From assembly GCA_038087875.1 (NCBI GenBank), contig JAXLNO010000177.1, forward strand, positions 62,001 through 126,000: a stretch of 64,000 nt of DNA, in the 5' to 3' direction. This DNA comes from Malacoraja senta. Taxonomy: Eukaryota. Made by a program: the position numbers and the translations under genes. A model generated the notes under the pieces. It was given only the letters and a program-made list of their open reading frames with translations, had not been told where the DNA came from and ran no database searches. Shown here one piece after another: positions 22,001 to 36,570 of this stretch. The first letter of the stretch is position 1. Every line of letters starts with the position of its first letter.

Positions 22001-22971
22001 AGGGCGATTGCACGGTAGATCAGAAGGTCAATGTGTGTGACCCACGGAGTCGCTCAAGCGTACTGGAGGACAAGCAAGCCTCCGGCATACACTCGTCACT
22101 CACGCAACATATACTACCGCTAGATAAAATTTCATTCGACGTTCTTACCTGGAAAATATCAACAAAATAAAGATGTGAACCAAGTTGTTTGGTGAAAGCT
22201 ACAGTGTTTAAGGTGGACACTTAAAGGCGAACTTCTGTGTCTGCATTAACATCTACGAGGTCATGAACAGGACAAAACAAAGGGTAAGTCATCTATTTTA
22301 CATATAATCTTGCTTCTTGAGATGGCTTTTGTAGATTGATGATGCATGTGAATCAATCACACTTAGCTAACATCACTAACTCCACCCCATTATAACATTT
22401 ATACTAACGCCCATTCCCAGCACCGTTAGTTGAAGCAGCCAGGATGAACTGACAACACCTCGCTCTGTAATGCTGCCAAGTTAAAGTGCTGATTAAAGAT
22501 GTGTGTAAATCTTATATGCTTTGAAGTGATTTACAGCTTTAATTTAATTTTACGTTGCGAAAATGTTACTTGGGCCCCATACGAACCGGCAGTGTTTTTC
22601 CTGCCGATATGGTGTTCAAATTAATTGCAAATGCAACGTGCCAATCGATCGCGTTCCAGAAGCAAGATGATTAAAGTGCCCATTTCTTGGGGACAATCAT
22701 GTCATAAGCTGTCCAAATTGTTTATATTTTGTGTTATTCTCTCTCCATGATCATTACTTTTAAACTAAATATTCACAACAGTTTGAGTCACATGTATTGT
22801 GCAAAAAACAATAATTTTGATTATATTTTGAGGGGATTTCTGATTAATTTATGGGAATTAAACATTAAATTCCTTCCATCTGGCATATAAATTCATGACA
22901 GTGAGATTTAAAAATCATGTTATATTGTGAATTCCTGTGTGAATGGGATTAGTTTGTTATTTGGATACTAA

Positions 22972-23509
22972 AGGGCCTGTCCCACCAGCATGCGATAGCA
23001 TGCGTCTAGCCCGACCGAACGTGGTCGCTTGACGCGTACGGCCTCGCGGGGCCGGTCCCACTTCGATCGCCGTAGGCCTATGGAGTTGTCCGGGGCTGGT
23101 CCCGACATCGCGCTGGGCTCCAAAAATCTTACACTGTCCGAAAATCCCGCGCGACAACGGCCTGTCGGCCCGCAGCTGCATTGAGGCTGTACGCAGCGCC
23201 TCGGCGGGCATACGCAGCGCCTTGACGTCGTATGCAGCGTCTTGACGGCGTACACCTAGAGCATGGCATTGCGCGATGGCGTCACCGCCCGGCGTGCCGT
23301 TGCATAATGACGACGCCGTGCGACGTCCAAACTCAGTCGGCCCGCCTCTTGCCCAGCTGATTGGTGATTATGATGTCGGGACCAGCCCCGCACAACTCTA
23401 GACGTCTCCGCGGTTGGAAGTGGGACCGGCCCCGCGAGGCCGTACGCCTCAATCCACCACGTTTGGTCGCGCTAGACGCATGCAATCGCATGCTGGTGGG
23501 ACAGACCCT
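22972..23509. mobile_element. PIF/Harbinger-type MITE
   Basis: ~95-bp imperfect terminal inverted repeats (AGGGCCTGTCCCACCAGCATGCGA ... TCGCATGCTGGTGGGACAGACCCT) with TAA on both sides. Confidence 0.85.
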
Positions 23510-23594
23510 TAAGGCTTTTAAAAAAAAATCCTTTTCTTAAGAAATGGAATCTACAGGAAATTCTTAATGGGAAAGTAGTGGGCAGAAAATGGGC

Positions 23595-24026
23595 AGAAAA
23601 TTATTTGCTGTGTATGGACTGGGCGTTGAGATGAGGTAGGCCATGATGTCCATGGAATTAAGTTCTGGCAGTTGGGAGATGTCAGGGGATGTCTCAGCTT
23701 CAGGCACTAAATAATGATCAATACCATTTAAGGAGACTTTTTGGACATATTGTTCGTACTCCTCAGCTGCGAGATTTGAGGCATACTGCGATAATTGAAC
23801 GGATACGGGGGGCACAGAACGGGCTCGCTACACTGGAAGCCATGGTGAGTGCTTACCTGCAGTTCACCGCGTGTACTCCAGTTGGCGTAGCGTGGCAACA
23901 GTACGGGTCATGGGTCGTGACCTCGACTGCCGTGCAACCTCCCTATCGTCTGGGTTGGGTCTGAACTGGGATGTCTGGAACCGGAGCTGGAATCCACGAG
24001 GTAAAAGATGGATGCGCAGGCAAGTC
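23595..24026 (-). mobile_element. Second, shorter copy of the ISL2EU-like remnant
   Basis: Direct repeat of ~18795-19221; both copies stop at GATGCGCAGGCAAGTC. Confidence 0.75.
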
Positions 24027-24107
24027 TCAGTGGTCAGCGTGGACTCGGTGGGCCGAAGGGCCTGTTTCCACGCTGTATCTCTAAACTAAACAGACATAGT
24101 AATACAG

Positions 24108-24381
24108 CAGGTAGAGCTGCTGCGTCACAGCGCCAGAAACCCGGGTTCGATCCTGACCTTGGGTGCTGTATGTGTGGAGTTTGCATGTTCTCCCTGTGAC
24201 CACATGGGTTTCCTCGAAAGACATGTGGGTTTGTAGGTTAATTGGCTGTAAATTGCCCCTCGCGTGTGGGGAGTGGATGAGAAAGTAAAATAATATAGAA
24301 CTAGTGTGAATGGGTGATCGATGGTTGGCGTGGACTCGGTGGGCCGAAGGGCCTGTTACCATGCTGTATCTTTCAATCAAT
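24108..24381 (+). mobile_element. V-SINE (HE1-like); further copies at ~25468-25725, 37910-38090, 46968-47147 and 62453-62745
   Basis: tRNA-like head, V-domain GTGTGGAGTTTGCATGTTCTCCCTGTG and CR1-like tail GGGCCGAAGGGCCTGT. Confidence 0.85.
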
Positions 24382-27300
24382 CATTTGTTCACCAGACTGC
24401 AGGCTGCAATGCACTACGTTTAAAATGAGTACTTCACAAATTTCTTGTCACCAGAAAGTGGATTTGATTCTGAGTAATTACATATTAATATAAAATAACT
24501 TCAAGGCTGGTTGAGGCACGTCATAAAGAGAGAATTGCTCCCAGCTAAAGATCAACGGTCACAGACACTTGGCACCTGTTGATAAACTAAACGCAGACAT
24601 TTATAACTGGTCACGTTAGACAAGAATAGACAATCATTTTTATTCAGTATCTGAGAACCAAGAACACAAGGACACGGGTTGAAGGCGAAGGGTGAAAGAT
24701 TTAATGGGAACCTGGGGGGGGGCAACCATTTCACTCAGAGAGTAATGGGTATATGAACCAGCTGCCAGAGGAGGTAGTTGAGGCAGGTATTATAACAACA
24801 TTTAAAAGACACTTGGACAGGTTCATGGATAGGAAATGTTTAGAGGGATATGGGCCAAATGCGATTATTGTGGATGGGTATCTTGGTTAGCATGGGCGAG
24901 GTGGGCCGAAGACTCTGTTTCCGTGCTGTGTGACTCCATTACTCTTCGATGCCCTTGCGATTCAAGATGTCCAGATGCTCTTGTGTGTGGACAACGACCT
25001 CCACCATTCCCTCAGGCAGAGCATTCCAGATTCCAGCCCCTCTCTGGAGAAAATCCCCCCCCAAATCTTTCTAAGCCTTCCACCTTGATTTATTATATCG
25101 TCTGAAAAAGGGTCGCAACCCAATATGTCACCTATCCATGTCATCCAGAGATGCTACCTGACACTGAATTACTGCATCATGTTAGACAATAGGTGCAGGA
25201 GTAGTCCCATTTGGCCCTTCGAGCCAGCACCACCCTTCAATTTGTGTCTTTCCTTGATAAACCAGTATCTACAGTTCCTCATTCCAGCATGGAAACAGGC
25301 CCTTCGGCCCATTGAGTCCATGCTGACCATCGATCGTGTTCACACTAGTTCCTTGTCTTTATACATTGATACTATCCCCCTTTATGTAAACACACCACCA
25401 TGGGAAAAAGCTTCTCACTAACCATCCAAAATACACCTCATAATTTTGTATATCTCGCCCATCACTGGGCAGCACCGTGGCACAGCGGTAGTGTTGCTGC
25501 CTCACAGCACCAGACCCAGGTTCAATTCCGACTATGGGTGCTGTCTTTACGGAGTTTGCACGTTCTCCCTCTGACCGCGTGGGTTTCCTTCCACATTCCA
25601 AAGACATGCAGGTTAATTGTCATCGGTAAAATTGTCCCTAGTGTGTAGGGTAGTGCAAGTGCATTGGGATCACTGGTCAGTGTGGACTCCGTGGACTGAA
25701 GGGCCTGTTTCTGTGCTGTATCTATAACAAAACACCGTCTCCTGTATAACCAAGTCTCCAGTCTAGCCAAGCTCTATGTGTAAAAAAACAAACAGCAGAT
25801 AAACCCAGCGGGCCAGGCAGCATCTGTGGAGTGAATGGACGGTTCCTCTCCTCTCTGTCCCTGAGGCTGGGTCAGAGTGCGATGCAAATTGGGCTCTGGA
25901 AACAATCACATAACATCACACGTATTATGTAGACGGGGCACACGAAGCAGTAAATGCCGGAACCCGGAGCGACATCGTGCTGGATCAACTCTGAGGGTCG
26001 GGCAGCATCTGTAGAGGCAAATTGACAGTCGACGTTTCAGGGCGGAACTCTTCTTTGGAGCGATGGAGTAGAGCGGAGAAATATGGTAGAGAGAGATGTG
26101 AGGGGAAGGGGTGGGGCAGGAGGTGGCAAGTGATAGGTGGAAACAGTGAAACTAGATGCTGGTATACAAAAAAAGGACACAAAGATTTGGAGTAACTCAG
26201 TGGCAGGCAAGGTAGGCACTGCCTAGCCTGACTAAAATTATAAAATGTAATTATTAAATCTAAATATAATATAATATAAAATCTAAGCGATCGATCTCTT
26301 AGGTAGGCATAATTCTCCGTGCCTTTCATCCGCAGCGCTTGCAACACACAAAGGTCTGTGCAGCCCACGTGCCGTCAGCGCTGCTTCAAGCCGTCAATGA
26401 CAAGCGGGGCTGAAGGCAGCTGAAATTCTGCCTTTGCAATACTGCGCAGGTGCAGCAGCCTACTGCACATACGCAGCGCTAGTTTCTTGGCGGGTTTTTC
26501 AAATATGCATTGTCATTATCGTAAGTGTATCTTAGGAAACAAAGAGATAAGAATGGAGTTTGTGTACCAATAATGTGGTCGGTAATTCTCTTGGTGCTAT
26601 ATGTTTTTAAATACTGTATTTCGTGGGGGGAGAGGAAGAGGAAGAGCTCCTTTCACAGTGTTTGGGGAATCTGGGTAAATTTGTGGGGAGGGTAGGAGCA
26701 TTGTGAAAGGGGGGGACGGGGATTATGCCAGTAACCCACTTGCGACGCTCCGGGCACGAAGCCACCGCATTGTGCCCGGGGAGTGAATTAGCTCGGGTGG
26801 CTGCGACCGGCCGCTGGGACGGACAGCCCCTTCTGCCGGCCCCCGCTCACCTCTGGCAATGCTCTCCGTCTGAAAACCTCTCTCCTCACAATTATTCCAC
26901 TCTTTCAAATCTCTAAGGCAATTGGAAAACATTTATATAGATCAGGCATAGAATTTACATTAAATGATTCAATAACTTTATTTATAATTTGGAACACAAA
27001 TCTTGAACATTTGAACAGGGGCAGTGACTATCTTTTAAAAAAAAACATGGGATCATACATCACATGCCATAAATATATTGAGTAACTTATTATGATTATA
27101 TATATTCTTTATCAACTATTATTTGTGCAACAAAATCTGAAGCTCTAAACATCACATTTGGAAGGTTCTCCCTCAACTTGTCAATGTTTGAGAATGATGG
27201 CAGCTTTTGTCAGTTAGCAGACCAAGGAATGTCTCAGGTGCATCTCACAATGGCTGGAGAATTACACATTAAACCCCAACTCAAGTGTAGAACCCACCCA

Positions 27301-27504
27301 AAGATGCCAGCTTCATAATGGAGGTGAAGAGTTACACAAATCAGTAGCAATTAACCTTCCTCACCGACCGCTGCTTTATAATGCAGCCCGTTAGTAAAAT
27401 GGGTCACCTGCCATCAACTTGTCAGCACCATCTTGGAACATGGATCCTCGCGAGCCCTTCACCCCACTGACTCCACACCAACCATCAGCCATCCAATTTT
27501 ACAC

Positions 27505-30500
27505 TAATAATAATAATAATATCTTTTATTGTCATTGCACATATGTGAAACGAGATGTGGTATGCAGCTTCCATCCGATGTCATAACTTAAACAACTAAT
27601 AACATTTAGATTTAGATACGCAGAGAAACATGATTTATAAAAAGAACAGTAAAACAGTCTAAAGTGCAAATGTGTCTGTGCCGGGTCGATGTGCGACGTG
27701 ACCATCCGAGGGAGACAGTTCATGGGGGTGGGGGGCACTCAGCAGGGCCAGTTCAAAGCAGCTATATCTCTGGGGATGAAGCTGTTCCTGAGTCTGGAGG
27801 TGCGGGCGTAGAAGGCCTTGTAACGTCTGCCTGAAGGTAGGAGTTCGAACAGTCCATTACAAGGGTGTGAGGAGTCTTTGTGGATGCTGACGGCCTTCCT
27901 GAGGCACCGTGTGTAGTAGATGCCCTCCAAGGCTGGTAGCTGTGTCCCAATAATATTTTGCACTCTGTGGACGTCGTGCTGAAGAGATCTCCTCTCCGCC
28001 TCCGTACAGCTGAGATACCACACAGAGATGCCATATGTTAGTATGCTCTCTGTTGTTCAGCGGTAGAACGTTGTCAGCAGCTGTTGGGGCAGACCAGTCT
28101 TTTTCAATATTCTCAGGAAGAACAGGCGTTGCTGTGCCTTCTTGACCAGCGCAGCGGTGTTGGTGGACCATGTGAGGTCCTCTGAGATGTGTGTGCCCAG
28201 AAATTAAAGCTGGACACTCTCTCCACACTGTCCCCGTAGATGGAGATTGGGGCGTATTCCCCATTATGTGTCCTCCTGAAGTCGATAATCAGCTCCTTGG
28301 TCTTGGAAGAGTTTAGGGACAAGTTGTTATCTGAGCACCAGTCCGCCAGGTTCTGCAACTCCGCTCTGTAGTTTGGTGATCAGCCTGATCACCGTTGTGT
28401 TGTCTGCAAACTTGACGATGATGTTGGTGTCGAATGCAGGAACACAGTCGTGTGTGAAGAGGGAGTAGAGCATGGGGCTTAGTACACAGCCCTGTGGTGT
28501 GCCGGTGCTCAGGCTGATAGTGGAGGACAGGTGCGGGTCCCGTCTCACTACCTGCAGTCGCTCCATCAGAAAATTCAGGATCCAGTCGCATATCGGCGAG
28601 CTGAGGCTTAGCTGGTGGAGTTTGGTGGTGAGCTTGGTGGGGATGACCGTATTGAATGCAGAGCTATAGTCAATAAAGAGCATCCTCACGTACGTGCCCT
28701 GTCTGTCCAGGTGAGTCAGGACAGTGTGAAGAGCCAGAGAGATGGCATCCTCTGTGGATCTATTTGCCCTGAATGCAAACTGATGAGAGTCCAGTGAGGC
28801 AGCGATGCTGGATTTGATGTGAGAGAGGACCAGCCTTTCAAAGCACTTCATGGGTATTGGAGTTAGGGCAACTGGGCGGTAGTCATTTAGGTTGGTGGCT
28901 TTTGACTTTTACGGCACCGGCACTATGGTAGCTGCTTTCAGGCACTTGGGGACCGTTGCCAGAGATAGAAACAGGTTAAAGATCCTCGTGAATACCTCAG
29001 CCAGCTGTACAGCACAGTCCTTTAGTACCCTCCCTTGGACTCCATCTGGGCCTGCAGCCTTGCGTGGATTGATCCTACGCAGAGCGCACTGTACCTCCTG
29101 AGTGCTCAGTGTTAAGACCTGTCCCTCCGCCATGGCCGGGGTTATTTCACGCCTGGTGGTGTTGCCAGTTTCGAAGCGGGCAAAGAAGGTGTTTAACTCA
29201 TTGGCCAGTGTGATATCACTGTGGGGGCAGGCGGGGCTGCTCTTGTAGTCAGTGATGTCCCTGACACCCTGCCACATGCTTCTGGTGTCCGCGGTGTTGA
29301 AGTGGTCTTCTACCCTTTGCCTGTGGATGTCTTTGGCCTTTTTTATGCCTTTGTTCAGGTTTGACCTGACAGCACTGTATGCCGAAGTGTCCCTGGATTT
29401 AAAGGCATTGTTGCGTGCCCTTAGCAGATTCTGAACCTCCTTGTTCATCCAGGGTTTCCGGTTTGGGAACATCTTTATTTTCTTGTCCACTGTGACAGAC
29501 TCCACACAGCAATTGACGTAGGAGAGCACAGTGGATGTGTACTCCTCCAAGTCTACCTCTGTACCACTGGTAGCCTGTTGTGCAAACAGGTCCCAGTCGG
29601 TGCGATCAAAGCAGTCCTGGAGTTGTAGGGTGGCGTCCTCGGGCCATATTTTGACCGTCTTTATTGCAGGTTTGGTCTTGCTGATGAGGGGTTTGTATGC
29701 AGGCAGTAGAAACAGTGAGATGTGATCGGATTGTCCCAGGGATGGGCAGGGGAGAGCTCGGTATGCGTCCTTGATGTTGGTGTACACTTTATCCAGCGTA
29801 TTTGAGCCCCTGGTAGGGCACTGCACATGCTGGTGGAATTTGCGGAGTGCAGCTCGTAGGTCGACCTGATTAAAGTCCCCTGCAATAATGAAGGCACTGT
29901 CGGGGTGAGCATCCTGCTGCTTACTGATGGCCGAGTGCAGCTGTGCTAGCGCTAGGTTAGCATTAGCCTGTGGTGGAATGTATACGGCCACGATGATAAC
30001 CACAGTAAACTCCCGAGGCAGATAAAACAGCCTACATTTAATCAGTAGCTATTGCAGATCTGGGGAACAGTAACTCTCTACTGCAGTGTGGTTGGTGCAC
30101 CAGTCATTGTTGATATAGATGCAGAGCCCGCCGCCCTTGCACGATGCAGTGACCGGTTCGTTATGTCTGGAACCAGCGCGCTGAGCCAGGTCTCTGTGAA
30201 GATCAGCACACAGCAGTCTTTCAGGGATCGCTGGGTGTTGATCCAGTGCCTTACCTCATCCAGCTTGTTGGTGAGTGACCGGACATTTGCGAGAAATGCT
30301 CTTGGTAGGGATGGTCTTTGTGGAGCCCTCCGTAGCCTCTCCTGCACCCCCGCTCGCCTTCCACGTTTCTGCTTTCTCTCCCGGCGCTTGCTCCATCTCC
30401 TACCCTCCGGAGTGGTGATCCAGGGGGTTGTTCTGCCTAGCTCCATCGGGATTTTGGTGAGGGTACTGTAGTACTCACAAGCCAGTTTCTCGCAGCCATG

Positions 30501-30750
30501 TCCGATGTTGAGCAGTTCCGTTCGGCTCCATGTGCGACCTGTCGGGATTACGGTGCGGGTGCTGGATTTCCCCGTCCTGGTGGTGAGTCCCTTACTGGGT
30601 TTTCTGGGGGTACTGGGATTTCTAGGGGTTCTCGGGGTTCTGAGGTATTTAAGTACCTTCTTTCCACAGCCGCGTTCGGTAATGGGCTGCTCCGAATTGA
30701 CTCGGACTGGGGAGCGCAAAGATGCTGCGTGTGAAACTGCCGCCATCTTC
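27505..30750 (-). mobile_element. Near full-length Rex1/Babar-clade LINE, decayed
   Basis: 5' AAGATGGCGGC; RKQKRGRRAG...[51 protein letters not shown]; (ATT)n tail at ~27505-27520. Confidence 0.93.
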
Positions 30751-33246
30751 TGTGGCCTTTGCTAACCCTCCCACATTCCCATCAACTCCTCCCATTCTCT
30801 ACCTCTCACCTGCATACTAGACACAGCATATAGTAGCCAATTAGCCCACCAATTCATGTAGTTTTCATTTGGATGTAGCAGGAAAGTCATAGTACCCAGA
30901 GAAAAACTGAGAAGTAAATGGGAGATATTTGCACAATGCAGTGAAGGACGCTAGTTGATGACCATTTTTGGTGCGTGGAGTATGCAATCAGATTCAGGGC
31001 ACACGAGTGAAACATAGGAAGATGGTTTTCACCTTGGTTGAGCAGACAGGAAGGAACACAGTCACCTTGACCCCAGTAACCCCGTGCAGACCCCAGGGAA
31101 CGTTAGACAGCAGTTATACGCCTCTGCCACAATTAACATCCCCGTGCTGCTAGTGTTGCAAATGATGTCCAAAGTGCTTCTGTAACCCTGCATCAGGTGG
31201 ACCTGTGGATCTTCTGAAGATGTCCCATGACCAGTCTCTAACCTGTGGTTGACACACAAGGTGGGAGACTTGCGACGGAGCCAGTGGAAGCACGCTGGCG
31301 GATTGCCCCGTCAATCTGCGGACACATTCTCAGCCGAGCGGCCAGGCCACGTCTCCTTCTGCACCTGCACGGCGACACAGCCTAGCCAGCTGTGGCTAAT
31401 CAGCATCGCTCCAAATATCTCCCACTTGCCATGCTCCTCGCGGTACGCCTCAATGTTGTCCTGGTACCTGGAGACATCGACAGCAGAGGGGCAGGGAGAG
31501 GTTAACCAGGCAATGCCAATACTGTATGTACACAGACCCAATCTCAATTATACCCTGACACCGACTCTGAACCCACCTGGCACCTTGCTCTGTAACCCAA
31601 CCATGGCTTGATGCCAACTAGAGAGCGGTCCTGAGCTACGATCTGCCTCATTGGAGACCCTCGGACTGTCTTAAATCAGACTTTAGCTTACACTGAACAT
31701 TATTCCCTTTATCCTGTATCTGTACACTGTGGATATCTCGATTGTAATCATGTACAGTCTTTCTGCTTGTGGATAGCACGCAACAAAAAAGCTTTTCACT
31801 ATGCCTCGGCACACGTGACAATAAACTAAACTAAAACTGAAAGAGTTAGCACACGGATGATCGTTTTGGGTCTTCTCTTGCATCCTGAAACTTCGTCTGT
31901 CCATTCCCACCACAGATGCTGCCTGACCTGCTGAGATCCTCCAACACTTAGACTAACTTGCTTTCTGAATACAAACGAACAAGCGAGTGGAACGCAGCCA
32001 GTCAGGCAGCATCTATGGAGGGAATACAGAGGATGTTTCAAGATGCAAAAAAAAGGTTCCTGTCCCAAAGCACCACCTGTCCATCCCCTTCACAGATGCT
32101 GACTGATCCACTGAGTTCCTCCAGCACTTTGTGTTTTGCTTTCTCTTCTTCTCTGCTCTGAGAAAGTCTCTGGCTTGCAAGGTTACGGTTTCTCCTTCCA
32201 TAGATGCTGCCTAATAGGCTAAGTTTTTTCCCCGCAGAATTTCGTTTTTATTTCAGATTTCTAGCATCTGGATTTTAAATTTGACTTTCAATTGCTAATG
32301 TAAATGCAAGTAGCTCCCCAAACCCCCTCCCCCCCCCCAAGATTTGAGAATGTTTTCATGTACAACATGTTCTGATTTAATTGAAGAGCATGCAAACAAA
32401 AGCTTTTCTCTTGAAGAAGGGTTTCGGCCCGAAACGTTGCCTATTTCCTTCGCTCCATGGATGCTGCCGCACCCGCTGAGTTTCTCCAGCACTTTAGTCT
32501 ACCTTCGATTTTCCAGCATCTGCAGTTCCTTCTTAATCACTTTTCACTTTATCTCAGTACACATGACAACAATGAGCCTAGATTCACAGCAACAGTTCCT
32601 CCAGTGCTTCAACCTGCTTTTGTGCAATAAAAATGTTTCAAGAGTAAACACTGGAATCAGAAAGGGAGAGGTATAGCTGAGCATTTTAAAAGGACCTAAT
32701 TCACCCCGCTCATTCCCTCTTCTCCCCATCCCTGTTGGGGAGAAGATAGTGGTGCTTGAAGGTGCGCACCATCAGACTCAGGAACAGCTACTTCCCCTCT
32801 GTTATCAGGCTTCGGAACGGTCCTTCCACAAGCGAGGGTACTGTCCGATTCACCTCTACCCCATTGTGGACATTGGACAATGTCTCTGGAACTGATGCGC
32901 TACAATGCCGAGACTTATATTCTGTACTTTATCTTTCCCTTTGCTCTACCTATTTGTAGATGACATGTGCATGTACCTTTAACATAGTGACCTCACCACT
33001 ACTAACCACTCCCCACATCACTAGTATAATTACAACCTTCCCACCCAGTGCTCACTCTCTCTGGTTCCGGTGACAGACCACGAACAGCTAGGGCAGTAAA
33101 GTATGTGTATCATGAATAAACAGTAGTAAACACACAGTGTGTTATGACGCCTCTTTACCTGGTGTCTGAATCGTACCTTTGCGCCTCCAGTTTATCGTTT
33201 TTTCTTTACTTTGGACCCGTTTCCCCATTTTTTAATCTCCCGTGCC

Positions 33247-34023
33247 ATGGCTACTTCTTGCCGCAAACCCGACATGCTTGTCTTCGACTCGGACATTGCC
33301 CATCGGTGGGGTGTCTTTAGACGTGACTTTCAACACTACGCCACAATCGCCCATCCTGCTGCCACCCCTGCTACACGGGCTTCTCTGCTTCTCAACCTGG
33401 CTGGTCCTGATGCCCTGGAACGGGCTGAGTCGTTTGTCTATGGTGCAGGTGAAGATGCTCAGGACCCGGTATGTCTTATGGCTAAGTTTACCGCTATGTG
33501 CGACATCCCCACTAACTGCATTCTAGAGTGTTTTAAAATGTTCAACCGGCGTCATATCTCTGGAGAGTCAATCGATAACTATATCGCCACGTTGCGTCAC
33601 CTGGCCAGGCGTTGCAGCCTGGACACGCTGACCCCCGATCAACTGACCCGGGACATTTTAGTGTATGGTCTTCAAGATGAAAAACTAGGGGCTGAACTTC
33701 TGCGGAAGCACAACCTGTCTTTAGCCGATGCTCTGCACGCCTCCCGCATGGCTGAGGCTGTCACCTCGGCGGTGTCGTCTGCTGATCATGACATTAACTT
33801 TACCAGTGTTGCTGGTCGCCGGCGGAACGCTGGACCGCAACGGCAACGGGGGTCCCCTGCACCCGGGGGTAGCAGCCCACAGCGGTGCCCCAACTGCAAC
33901 TTTACCTCCCATCAGTCTAATATGTGCCCTGCACTGGGAAAAATGTGCAACTTTTGCAGGAAGTTGAACCATTTCTCTGCCGCCTGTCGCTCTCGTGGGA
34001 AGCCAGTTCCTGCTCCACGCTGA
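33247..34023 (+). CDS. gag: Gypsy Gag with zinc knuckles
   Basis: Open ORF ending in CPNCNFTSH...C and CNFCRKLNHFSAAC (CCHC). Confidence 0.85.
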   Translation: MATSCRKPDMLVFDSDIAHRWGVFRRDFQHYATIAHPAATPATRASLLLNLAGPDALERAESFVYGAGEDAQDPVCLMAKFTAMCDIPTNCILECFKMFNRRHISGESIDNYIATLRHLARRCSLDTLTPDQLTRDILVYGLQDEKLGAELLRKHNLSLADALHASRMAEAVTSAVSSADHDINFTSVAGRRRNAGPQRQRGSPAPGGSSPQRCPNCNFTSHQSNMCPALGKMCNFCRKLNHFSAACRSRGKPVPAPR

Positions 34024-34159
34024 ATGTTAAACAGTTCCAGCCTGATGAATTCCCTTTGTCTGATACAAGTTCCTCCCAGGGGGAGACCAGCATATTTTCA
34101 GTGTCGGATGCACCTGCACTGATAACGGAACCTTCGGTTCGCGTTACTGTCAATGGCTC

Positions 34160-36570
34160 GACAAGGTGGAGTTAACGCTGCTCAACATGGTTACCATGGG
34201 CATCCTGAAGGAGGTGAGCGAACTCACCCGGTGTGTCTTCACCATGGTTGTTGCTGCGAAAAAGGACAAAAGTGAAATTCGCATTTGCATCAACCCCAAA
34301 GACCTGAACCTTGCCATCAGACGCCCTCATTACCCCATGCGAACAGTGGAGGACGTCGCTGCACAGGTTGCCCCGGCCACTGTCTTCTCGGTTCTCGATG
34401 CCAAGAGCTCCTTCTGGCAGATACCGCTGGACGAGCGGTCCTCCTACTTGACTACCTTCAGCACGCCCTTCGGCAGGTTCCGATTCCTCCGCATGCCATT
34501 TGGGATCAACTCTGCCAGCGAGGTCTTCCAGCGGATGATGGAGCAGCTGTTCGCCGGTCTGCCGTGTGCTATCATCGTTGACGACATCCTGGTCTACGGT
34601 AAGGACGTTGCTGAGCACGATCTCCACCTCCGTCAAGTCCTGGACCGGGCCCGTGAAATCAACCTCAAACTTAACCCAAAAAAGTGCCGTTTCCGCGTCC
34701 CGGAGTTCACCTATGTGGGCCACGTCTTTACCGCATCGGGGCTGAAGCCTGACCCGCAGAAGACGGCCGCGGTCTCAGGAATGTCTTCGTCCACCGACGT
34801 GCCCAGCCTGCAGCGTTTCCTGGGCATGGTTAATTACCTGGGGAAGTTCATCCCCGACCTCAGCGAGCTGAGCGCGCCCCTGAGGGAGTTGATCAAGAAG
34901 GACACTGCCTGGGCCTGGCTCCCGCATCACCAGAAAGCTTTTGACGTTCTGAAGTCCAGGCTACCCAGTAACCCCACTCTCCAATTATTCAATCTGCACC
35001 GTCCCATTGTTCTTACCTGCGACGCCTCCAAGTTCGGTCTTGGTGCTGCTTGCCTGCAGCTCCACAATGGCCTGCAGCTGCCTGTTTCCTACGCTTCCCG
35101 CACCATGACCCCTGCCGACCAGCGTTATGCTCAGATAGAGAAGGAGCTGCTTGCTGTGGTGTTTCCCTGCTCCAAGTTCAAGGACTATATTCTGAGAAAC
35201 AGCTTCACGATCGAGACCGACCATCAGCCGCTGGTCTCTATCCTCAACAAGCCGATCCACGTTGCCTCGTCCCATTTGCAGCGCATGATGCTGCAGCTCC
35301 AGCGTTTCACGTTCAAAATTGTATATCGCAAGGGCAAGGACATGTTTGTGGCCGACACGCTGTCCTGCGCACCACTAACGTCCACCGATCGCCATCCATA
35401 TGAATCGTCTGACCTGATGGTGCTCAACGTCAACATTGTGCCTTCCCAGCAGATGCAGTCCCTGGTCAGCAACACTGCCAAGGATCCTGCCCTGCAGCAG
35501 CTTGCCGACGTCATCAGGCAGGACTCGCCAGACCGTCGTTCATCCTTGCCGCCTGGAGTCGTGCTCTACTTCCTGGTCCGTGACGAACTCGTGCTGCATG
35601 ACGGCGTGGTCGTGAAGGGACACAAGGTCGTCGTGCCTGCTGCCCTGCATGACCAATACTTTCAGACCGCCCATCGCGGTCATGCTGGGGCCGAGGCCAC
35701 CCTGTCTCAGGCCCAGAGTTTGTTCTACTGGCCCGGCATGGCCCAAGACATCCAGGAGAGGGTCTCCGCTTGATCTGTCTGCAATAGCCTCGCTTCCCAT
35801 CAGCAACGGCAGCCGCTTCTGCAACAGCCTGCCCCCGAGCTGCCCTGGATGACCGTCGCCGCTGACATTTTTGAGTGGCGTGGGAAGCATTTCCTGGTTC
35901 TTGTGGACTCGTACTCCAGCTGGTTCGAGGTTGCCCGGCTGCACTCCCTCACCTCTTCGGCCGTTATCAGGAGGCTGCGCCAACACTTCGGAACCTTTGG
36001 CACCCCGGCAAGTCTTCAATCGGACAACGGCAGCCAGTTCTCGAGTGCCGAATTTCGGCGTTTCGCTGCCAGCTGGAACTTCCGACTATACCAGCAGCCC
36101 AGAGTACCCACAAAGCAACGGCTTGGCAGAGCGCGCTGTCCGCAGTGCTAAGGACTTGCTGGAACATTGTAGACTGTCCCATTCTGACTTTTACCTGGCA
36201 CTCCTCAACCTTCGGAACATTTGCCGCGACACTGCATTGGGCTCCCCAGCACAACGGCTGATGTCTCGCACTACGAGACCTCCGATCCCGGTGACCCAGC
36301 GGTCCCTCGTTCCCTCTGTTCTCCAGCCCGCTGCTGTCCAGGAGCGCATTGCCCTCAAGCAAGAAATCCGAAAGCGCCCCCACGACCAGTCCTGCCGTCC
36401 CCTCCCGCCTCTGTTGCCTGGCCAAGTCGTCCGGATGCAGTCCCCCTCCGGTCACCCCAGGCTTGCCATCGTCGTCAGTACTGCTGGTTCGCCGCGGTCC
36501 TATCTAGTCGACCATGACGGTAATATTTACCGCCGGTCCCGCCAACATCTGCGGCTTGTTAACGAGGCCC
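34160..36570 (+). pseudogene. pol: Gypsy Pol (RT, RNase H, integrase); protease deleted, stop at 35771 and frameshift near 36090
   Basis: LDAKSSFWQ, RMPFGI, IIVDDILV, CDASKFGLGA, YAQIEKELLA, TDHQPL, AHRGHAG...FYWPGM, VDSYS, SDNGSQF, SNGLAERAV. Confidence 0.93.

Noticed and set aside
22010..23550. Classification of the AT-rich element hosting the Harbinger MITE
   Set aside because: It looks repeat-like, but I could not define TIRs, a TSD or coding remnants, so it is not annotated.
24108..24170. tRNA genes (also near 25470, 37910 and 62455)
   Set aside because: These are tRNA-derived SINE heads that run into the V-domain; no complete cloverleaf is evident.
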